DNA from: a virus
Virus record (IMG/VR): IMGVR_UViG_3300031975_001631
Strand: one strand, 5' to 3'
DNA length: 64,000 nucleotides
In this document: positions 58,381 through 64,000 of the stretch, piece after piece
How the letters are laid out: every line of letters starts with the position of its first letter
Numbering within the stretch: the stretch's first letter is position 1
Notes under the pieces: model-generated
Seen by the model: the letters and a program-made list of their open reading frames with translations, nothing else
What the model was told of the DNA's origin: nothing
The model's database searches: none
Position numbers and translations under genes: made by a program

Positions 58381-58529
58381 TTTGGGTTGGTTGCTGGTAT
58401 GCTGTCATGCTGTCGCCGTCATGCCTTGAGAACCCTTGCCACCACTAGACCAAAGACCTGTTTTTTGCATAATTCTACTAGAAAGGGGCAACAGGTCATC
58501 CCCGCCGCCCCCGATATGGAAAAATCAAT

Positions 58530-58844
58530 TTATACAAAGAATGCCTCTAATCCTGTATAATTAATCTTCATCGATGTGTATTGTCTGGTATCATTAATGT
58601 CGATCAATTCTCCCTTTCTAATTGAGTTGATGGGGGAGTAGTATTGATCTTTCTTTGGATTATAGAATCCCCAGATAGTCCGAACGCGATCAGTAGTGTA
58701 AGTATAGACATCTGGATGGCATAACCAAATACGAAGCAAATTGCGCTTGTATTCCTCACATTCATAGTAAAATCCATCCGGGGCTTCATGATAGAAACTC
58801 GGTGGTAGTTCCATCAGTTGATTCATGATCAGAGGTGTCTTCAT
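58530..58844 (-). CDS. Early hypothetical protein
   Basis: MELPPSFYHEAP...IWGFYNPKK...YSPINS; TGG-TATAAT at 58852-58857. Confidence 0.75.
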   Translation of the reverse strand: MKTPLIMNQLMELPPSFYHEAPDGFYYECEEYKRNLLRIWLCHPDVYTYTTDRVRTIWGFYNPKKDQYYSPINSIRKGELIDINDTRQYTSMKINYTGLEAFFV

Positions 58845-58907
58845 TGTCTTCATTATACCAGAAATCGTGCCAATCGTGAGGTGAGTTTGTCACATCTTCA
58901 ATGTTAT

Positions 58908-59051
58908 TCATTTACAATAAGATGGTTGAATTTGACACAATTTGTCGTTTCTCCTATCAACAATATCTTGCATATTGTTAGCAAGATCAATACAAAGAAA
59001 TGCTGCGAAAAGACAAATAGAAGAAACGAGAATAAGTCTAAAAGCTATCAT
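58908..59051 (-). CDS. 47-aa TM/secreted early protein, not in ORF track
   Basis: N-terminal hydrophobic helix, C-terminal LCQIQPSYC. Confidence 0.6.
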   Translation of the reverse strand: MIAFRLILVSSICLFAAFLCIDLANNMQDIVDRRNDKLCQIQPSYCK

Positions 59052-59200
59052 TGAACAATCTCCACTAATTTATCCATGACTGGTTTAAGATCATGTTCTT
59101 CAGCATCACTCAAATCAATATACATTTGTTCAATACACCATAGAATTACATCTGCTTGCGCTTTAGTAACTTCAATTGTACTGAATGTGGAGGTTGTCAT
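59048..59200 (-). CDS. 50-aa early protein, not in ORF track
   Basis: MTTSTFSTIEVTKAQADVILWCIEQMY...; ATGA overlap. Confidence 0.6.
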   Translation of the reverse strand: MTTSTFSTIEVTKAQADVILWCIEQMYIDLSDAEEHDLKPVMDKLVEIVQ

Positions 59201-59227
59201 TTTTCTGGAAAGTGTGTTCTTTACTAT

Positions 59228-59365
59228 TTAATCGATTTGTTTTTGAATTGTTGAATCATAGTAGTTCATCATCTTAGTGTCACGCTCTGCTAGGAAGTTT
59301 AAGAAACCTACAAGGGCAAACATAACACAAATGCCCGAAAGTCCGTATTGTGTAAATTTACTCAT
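59228..59365 (-). CDS. 45-aa TM early protein, not in ORF track
   Basis: GLSGICVMFALVGFLNFLAERD; ATGA overlap. Confidence 0.6.
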   Translation of the reverse strand: MSKFTQYGLSGICVMFALVGFLNFLAERDTKMMNYYDSTIQKQID

Positions 59366-59616
59366 AGAGTCTCTCCTAGTTCATTATCAATAGCATCCAC
59401 AATTGCTGTGTGAATGTGATCATAGTCTTGCAAGTTGACTAACACTGTCTCACAAACTTCTTTGGGTTGATATACCTCATTACCCTCATCATCCCACTTT
59501 ATAACATCTTCGCTAGTGTAAATCCAACCTGCACAAGGTGCATCTTCTCCCTGTTGTTCAATGAGGCTTTGCACCCGTGATTGCAGTGCTTTGAGTGAGT
59601 AGAACTGTGATGACAT
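59362..59616 (-). CDS. Early hypothetical protein
   Basis: LIEQQGEDAPCAGWIYTSEDV. Confidence 0.75.
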   Translation of the reverse strand: MSSQFYSLKALQSRVQSLIEQQGEDAPCAGWIYTSEDVIKWDDEGNEVYQPKEVCETVLVNLQDYDHIHTAIVDAIDNELGETL

Positions 59617-59667
59617 GATGTTAGATAGAAGAACGAAGAATGAAGCGATTAGAGTGAGTTAATCGCT

Positions 59668-59853
59668 TCAATCACCAACGAGGGCGTAAGTTTGGGCGAT
59701 AGCATCAGACTTAAAGCGTCTGCATAACTTAAACAAGAGTTTCAAGTCATCCGCAATCACATAACGAAACGAGTCTGATTCAATGATAAACTTATCATCC
59801 TCCAACCATACTTGTGGGAGTTGTTTCTTGTAGATTGGGAAATCAGTTGGCAT
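59668..59853 (-). CDS. Early hypothetical protein
   Basis: MPTDFPIYKKQLPQVWLEDDKF...; start 59853. Confidence 0.65.
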   Translation of the reverse strand: MPTDFPIYKKQLPQVWLEDDKFIIESDSFRYVIADDLKLLFKLCRRFKSDAIAQTYALVGD

Positions 59854-59857
59854 GATG

Positions 59858-60022
59858 TTAGTTAGCAGGAGTGGAAGTGATTTCTTTGATAGTGTCCCAA
59901 CCATGATATTCATGGAAGAGTTTATCATTCAGTTTGTGAGCATTTAGAGGTTTGATGTTACTCTTGCGGTCAAATCGAGTGACTTGACCATCTCTATACT
60001 CTATGCGAATGTTGTATAACAT
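59858..60022 (-). CDS. 54-aa early protein, not in ORF track
   Basis: MLYNIRIEYRDGQVTRFDRKS... Confidence 0.6.
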   Translation of the reverse strand: MLYNIRIEYRDGQVTRFDRKSNIKPLNAHKLNDKLFHEYHGWDTIKEITSTPAN

Positions 60023-60027
60023 ATCAA

Positions 60028-60282
60028 TCACCAACGAGTTTGAATCAGTGCAGAGTTGAAAAGTTGTGGTTCTGTGTGAAGATCAGTCACTTCATACTTA
60101 TAACCCTCAACACGACTATCAACCTCTTTCTCAAATGATTCTTTGTTGATGTAGGACTTAGATTGCATGTCATTCATGAATGTCACAGTCTTATACATCA
60201 GACGCTCGCTGATACTTCCATCAGCATACTTGACGGGATAGAAGTCAACAACCATGTTTCCGTGCTGTGCTGTGAGTTGCAT
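60028..60282 (-). CDS. Early hypothetical protein
   Basis: MQLTAQHGNMVVDFYPVKY; behind box promoter 4. Confidence 0.75.
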   Translation of the reverse strand: MQLTAQHGNMVVDFYPVKYADGSISERLMYKTVTFMNDMQSKSYINKESFEKEVDSRVEGYKYEVTDLHTEPQLFNSALIQTRW

Positions 60283-60311
60283 GTGGTGAGGTGTGTTCCT
60301 TTGACTCTTTA

Positions 60312-60366
60312 ACTATACACGATTTTGGGCGCAGCACAACGGGGGCTATGCCACTTCGGGAAGTGG
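60312..60366 (-). promoter_or_regulatory. Early box promoter 4
   Basis: Perfect palindrome CCACTT-CCCG-AAGTGG-33 nt-TATAGT. Confidence 0.8.
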
Positions 60367-60852
60367 TTGGATGACGGAGAACCGTGATTGATAATTGTAT
60401 GCAAACCGGGTACGATTGCCATGGATACCCCACCCCAACCAATTGTAAGCATGTTTCATGTAGAAATCTACTGATTGTTCCTCACTCCTGAGATAAAGTT
60501 CATAACGATTCCATTGAGGTTCGTTCACCATATAACGCAATTGTGTTTCAATAGTATCAACATTTCCACCATACTTTTTAGCAAAAGCTCCTAACCCATA
60601 ATAACGATTGGGAGAGGTCCATTGAATCAAACCGAACCCACCTGATTTACATCCATGATAACCAGTCCTTGCCCCACCCTCACAAACTAGCGTGTCAAAT
60701 TTAGACTCTTGTTTAATGTTGCCCAACACGACAGCGAGTGCATTTTGATTACGAATCCCTCGTTTCTGAAGAAACTCAAGTGTTTTTTGTTCGTTTGTGG
60801 TGCAGTCAAAACACACTACAATCGGTGCAGGAGGTTGATTGTAATTGATCAT
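60346..60852 (-). CDS. Phage tail lysozyme family cell-wall hydrolase
   Basis: AVVLGNIKQES (catalytic Glu), GGFGLIQWT, TQLRYM. Confidence 0.8.
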   Translation of the reverse strand: MINYNQPPAPIVVCFDCTTNEQKTLEFLQKRGIRNQNALAVVLGNIKQESKFDTLVCEGGARTGYHGCKSGGFGLIQWTSPNRYYGLGAFAKKYGGNVDTIETQLRYMVNEPQWNRYELYLRSEEQSVDFYMKHAYNWLGWGIHGNRTRFAYNYQSRFSVIQPLPEVA

Positions 60853-61061
60853 AAGAATAATTTAGAAGAAGAAATACAGAGTAAGAATGATAGCATAAGA
60901 ACCACATCCCATGATTTAGTTCTTATAAAGTATGGCACTGATATTGCATCAGCTACCAACATCATCATAGCACCTAGAGTGGTACTTACATGAAGAACAA
61001 TGAAGTATGATATGATAGCTAGAGCACTACCAATAATCCTGGCAATGACATCAATTTTCAT
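60849..61061 (-). CDS. Small multi-TM protein
   Basis: 70 aa, almost entirely hydrophobic; ISVPYFIRTKSWDVV. Confidence 0.7.
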   Translation of the reverse strand: MKIDVIARIIGSALAIISYFIVLHVSTTLGAMMMLVADAISVPYFIRTKSWDVVLMLSFLLCISSSKLFL

Positions 61062-61246
61062 ACTGAAGTCTCTCGTTTGATATTTTTTTCGATCTCTTTC
61101 AAATACCTTGCCTTGCCTGGTGTCATAGATGTAACGACTACAGCACCGTTAGGACCGTGCCAAGTGTAGTGTTTACCGATCCGATACAAGGTGAAATCGT
61201 AAGATTTCATTAATTGTCGCAGTTCTTTGGGGATCTTAGTGGTCAT
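61058..61246 (-). CDS. HicA-like (dsRBD-fold) protein
   Basis: KELRQLMKSYDFTLYRIGKHYTWHGPNGAVVVTSMTP matches the HicA helix-R-x-G-x-H-beta pattern. Confidence 0.6.
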   Translation of the reverse strand: MTTKIPKELRQLMKSYDFTLYRIGKHYTWHGPNGAVVVTSMTPGKARYLKEIEKNIKRETSV

Positions 61247-61267
61247 GGAGGTGTCTTAACCTCACAT

Positions 61268-61322
61268 ATTCTAGCACCCCACCACTAGAGCGGCAGGGTA
61301 GCTAGTCCGGTTCGAGAACTGG
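61268..61322 (-). promoter_or_regulatory. Early box promoter 5
   Basis: CCAGTTCTCGAACCGG-33 nt-TAGAAT (TGn extended); GAGGT/ACCTC leader hairpin. Confidence 0.78.
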
Positions 61323-61536
61323 TTGATTTCTCTAACCTTTTACAGAGATTTAAGGCAGACTGATAGTTACGGCAGACCTTGTATTGTCTGCCCTGATATA
61401 CAACTACGAATTTTTTGCTATTTCCAAGCGGGACCGCCGCCACTAACCCGTTTTTGCTCACATATCCAGAATATCTTAGTTGTGCATCAAGGATGTGAGT
61501 ATTTGTATGATAGACTGACTGATAGTTATCAGACAT
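61285..61536 (-). CDS. Early hypothetical protein
   Basis: AAVPLGNSKKFVVVYQGRQYKVCRNYQSA. Confidence 0.7.
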   Translation of the reverse strand: MSDNYQSVYHTNTHILDAQLRYSGYVSKNGLVAAVPLGNSKKFVVVYQGRQYKVCRNYQSALNLCKRLEKSTSSRTGLATLPL

Positions 61537-61690
61537 TCATATTCACACGCATGATTTGCACATCACCATACTGAGATTCAACGATTTGTTCAGCACCTTG
61601 TTGATCTTGGCACTGAACATTAACAGTTTGCATTCCAGTCCTAGCAGAGTAGAATGTCACTTCAGCAGAGCGGTTGTTGTTTCCAAACAT
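61529..61690 (-). CDS. 53-aa early protein, not in ORF track
   Basis: MFGNNNRSAEVTFYSARTGMQTVNV...AEQIVESQYG. Confidence 0.65.
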   Translation of the reverse strand: MFGNNNRSAEVTFYSARTGMQTVNVQCQDQQGAEQIVESQYGDVQIMRVNMNV

Positions 61691-61705
61691 AATAAAAAGA
61701 GAGAA

Positions 61706-61870
61706 TTAAGCAGATGGGACGGTAGTTAGAACAGTTTCTATTCTACCATTAGGAACATCAATTGTAAACTGATCCTTAGCAGAGTCAACAGTATCTGCTA
61801 AGATTACTGCCTCTAATAGAGGTCCAGAACCATTGACTTTGTAAGAGATTGTGTGCTTGAACTTTGCCAT
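61706..61870 (-). CDS. 54-aa early protein, not in ORF track
   Basis: MAKFKHTISYKVNGSGPLLEAVILADTVDSAKDQF... Confidence 0.65.
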   Translation of the reverse strand: MAKFKHTISYKVNGSGPLLEAVILADTVDSAKDQFTIDVPNGRIETVLTTVPSA

Positions 61871-61872
61871 TT

Positions 61873-63138
61873 TTATGCGAATGAGTGGGCGGGAAGACCA
61901 TCAACAAAGATGAGATCAATAACTTTTTGCAAACGATTGCGCGTTGCTTGTGATGCTTTGCCACACAGGGGGACAGTCACAACACCATGAGATTTACGAT
62001 ATTGTGAAAGCTTACCAGGAATAATCCTACCTTCAGCAATATCTTTTGCATCATCCTTATGTAGACGAATGACACGACCAATTGTCTGTGCCATCTCAAT
62101 CACAGGCAGATTACGCAGTAGAATAGTATGCGTTAGACCAGGAACATTGATACCCTCAGACAGAATAGAATAATGAAAGACGATGAACTTTTTCTGATCA
62201 TCAGCACCCCATTCTTGAAGAGTCTCAAAGAACTTATCACGACCTACTTTGTCACGATTGATATATGCACCATGCTTAGATGTGATGTGCATAATATCAT
62301 AACCCATCTCATTCAAACTATCAAGAATATCTGTACGAGAAAGCATTGCCCACAATACACGGGTGTTAGGTGCGGCAACTAGAATCTTTGCAGCATCATC
62401 ATCACCAAGGTCATCAATAATGTCTAGTACCATCTCACGATCTACATCATGTGCATTATGCTTGTTACGCACAAGTTCTGTCTCATGAACAACAAGCTCG
62501 GGAGGAATAATGCTGCCATTGTTGATAAGTTCAGGAGCAGGAACAATCTCCAGAGTATTACCGAACACGACTTGATTGTTCATGCCATTTGCAAAAGGAT
62601 TGCGAGAATACTTAGGAGTTGCAGTAAAGAAATACGAATTAGATGCTAGTTGTGAAGTAGCAGCAACACCGACAAAGTGATTCTTTTGAATTGCATTGTG
62701 TGCCTCGTCACAATACATAACATCGACTTTGATGCCACTGTCAACAACTTTATGCAAACTGTGATAAGTGGTGAAGATAAGTTGATGAACATTTACATTC
62801 ATGCAAACATCATCATGACGCTGAATTTGATCGACTTTAGTAGTCTTAAAATGAGAAGTCTCACCACTGTGAATGTGCATCACAGTAAAGTTGTTGTTGT
62901 ACTCATAACCATCGATATTGTCAAGATACTGCATGAACTCACTACAAAGTTGTGAGGCAAGCAGAATGCGAGGAGCAACGACTACGATAGTCTGAGCAAC
63001 ATTAGCTGCATCAAGTCTGCGAACACAATCTTCCATCATGATGACTGTCTTGCCACCACCAGTAGGAACATAGACGCAACCTTTGTTATTACCAGCAAGA
63101 GCAGTGAGAGCGCGTTGCTGGTGTGGTCGTAGTTGCAT
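61873..63138 (-). CDS. SF2 (DEAD/ResIII-like) helicase
   Basis: PTGGGKT, APRILL, TTYHS, DEAH, FTATP, LSEGINVPG, QTIGRVIR. Confidence 0.92.
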   Translation of the reverse strand: MQLRPHQQRALTALAGNNKGCVYVPTGGGKTVIMMEDCVRRLDAANVAQTIVVVAPRILLASQLCSEFMQYLDNIDGYEYNNNFTVMHIHSGETSHFKTTKVDQIQRHDDVCMNVNVHQLIFTTYHSLHKVVDSGIKVDVMYCDEAHNAIQKNHFVGVAATSQLASNSYFFTATPKYSRNPFANGMNNQVVFGNTLEIVPAPELINNGSIIPPELVVHETELVRNKHNAHDVDREMVLDIIDDLGDDDAAKILVAAPNTRVLWAMLSRTDILDSLNEMGYDIMHITSKHGAYINRDKVGRDKFFETLQEWGADDQKKFIVFHYSILSEGINVPGLTHTILLRNLPVIEMAQTIGRVIRLHKDDAKDIAEGRIIPGKLSQYRKSHGVVTVPLCGKASQATRNRLQKVIDLIFVDGLPAHSFA

Positions 63139-63160
63139 TGAAGTTCTGTCGTATGCAATA

Positions 63161-63215
63161 ATTATAGCAGATCCATATCTTTTCGCTTGTGTCCCGTGTC
63201 CAGTTTGCGAACTGT
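63161..63215 (-). promoter_or_regulatory. Early box promoter 6
   Basis: ACAGTTCGCAAACTGG-33 nt-TATAAT (TGn extended). Confidence 0.82.
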
Positions 63216-63323
63216 CTTAGTATGTTCGTACCATGGATGCTCATAAGGTTGATTCATATTATTCTCTACCCATCTTTTAAGAGATTCATATCTCTCTTTC
63301 CAAATTAGTGCTTCTTCAGTCAT
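63162..63323 (-). CDS. 53-aa early protein, not in ORF track
   Basis: MTEEALIWKEIYESLKRW...; 3' end runs through promoter 6. Confidence 0.45.
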   Translation of the reverse strand: MTEEALIWKERYESLKRWVENNMNQPYEHPWYEHTKTVRKLDTGHKRKDMDLL

Positions 63324-63516
63324 TTTTGTCTAATACTTCAATGTGTGATAGGAACGAGGAGGGATATTGAAACCATATTGATTGTGCTATATCCCAAGCA
63401 TCAGTATTCAGTGACTCACCATTAGCTAATACAACTTTGTAGTTGTGTCTATCGTAGGGTTCATCACTAGAATTAGTGAAATAGCGAGGATCACTAGGAT
63501 CAATTAGTTGAGTCAT
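63316..63516 (-). CDS. Early hypothetical protein
   Basis: IDPSDPRYF...DEPYDRHNYKVV...LSHIEVLD. Confidence 0.75.
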   Translation of the reverse strand: MTQLIDPSDPRYFTNSSDEPYDRHNYKVVLANGESLNTDAWDIAQSIWFQYPSSFLSHIEVLDKND

Positions 63517-63537
63517 CTAATCTTGGTCTATGTCCAT

Positions 63538-63594
63538 ATTCTATCACAACCTCATCATGTTCAGTGTTGTCTGTTGTGACAGTTTTGTAAGTGA
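63538..63594 (-). promoter_or_regulatory. Early box promoter 7
   Basis: TCACTTACAAAACTGT-35 nt-TAGAAT (TGn extended). Confidence 0.65.
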
Positions 63595-63647
63595 TTGTAT
63601 ACTTCTCAGATAGCAATCTAGCAGCAGTATGCAAAGCCCATGCTAAT

Positions 63648-63866
63648 TCATTGTCCTTCGACATGTTTCTCTGCCTTTAATTGTCTGAAGTATAGTTTAT
63701 AATAGTTTTTCTTTATAGATTCAATCTTGAGCATATCTTCTTCAAATCCTAGGTATTTAAGCATCTGATATGACCCCTCTAACTCACTGATTAGTCTTGC
63801 ATAGTTAGCAGAACATCTCTCCTGTCCACCAAATTCATACTTACCCAACTCCATACAAGATTCCAC
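63648..63866 (-). CDS. Hypothetical protein
   Basis: GKYEFGG...RLISELEGSYQMLKYLGFEEDM...YYKLYF. Confidence 0.7.
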   Translation of the reverse strand: MESCMELGKYEFGGQERCSANYARLISELEGSYQMLKYLGFEEDMLKIESIKKNYYKLYFRQLKAEKHVEGQ

Positions 63867-63999
63867 CTTTGAATGTTAAATATCGTCGCGGAAGTGCCGC
63901 ATAATGTGCATCCCATTTTGCAGGATATACTTCTATCTCCTTATCTATGAATACGGGGCTAACTTTACCATGACAACCATTTGGAACTGGTTTTACTCT
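63841..63999 (-). CDS. 5'-partial hypothetical protein
   Basis: ...RVKPVPNGCHGKVSPVFIDKEIEVYPAKWDAHYAALPRRYLTFKGGILYGVG*, open to the window edge. Confidence 0.6.
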   Translation of the reverse strand, partial: RVKPVPNGCHGKVSPVFIDKEIEVYPAKWDAHYAALPRRYLTFKGGILYGVG

Positions 64000-64000
64000 C

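Noticed and set aside
58858-58906. Eighth early box upstream of TATAAT at 58852
   Set aside because: Only ACAT-N5-ATGT at the expected position, which does not fit the consensus
1-64000. tRNA, rRNA, integrase or transposase genes
   Set aside because: None recognised by eye in intergenic gaps or ORFs; a tRNAscan/Infernal run would be needed to exclude them fully

Overview
This is a 64 kb segment of a large T4-like cyanomyovirus (Kyanoviridae-type), with a marine picocyanobacterial host inferred from petE and ndhP. Every credible gene lies on the minus strand. 1-54.3 kb is the late morphogenesis block, in transcription order: a GT-A protein and small ORFs, gp25-gp6-gp7-gp8, a 2440-aa DUF4815/VrlC-like protein, a 2260-aa fibre, gp13-14-15-16, a ~7 kb accessory island, then gp17-18-19-20-(67-like)-21-22-23. 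T4-type TAAATA late promoters precede many of these genes. The island carries plastocyanin, an NdhP-like microprotein missed by the ORF track, an SNase-like nuclease and candidate capsid-targeted internal proteins. 54.7-55.2 kb is a non-coding hinge with back-to-back sigma70 promoters and helically phased CTCAGA repeats (origin/pac-like). 55.2-64 kb is a dense early block of small ORFs, including a HicA-like protein, a tail-lysozyme-family protein and an SF2 helicase. It is driven by at least seven promoters sharing a 16-bp palindromic box, placed exactly 33 bp upstream of the -10 in six of the seven. I found no tRNA, CRISPR array, intron, integrase or reverse transcriptase. All family assignments are by motif recognition, not database searches.
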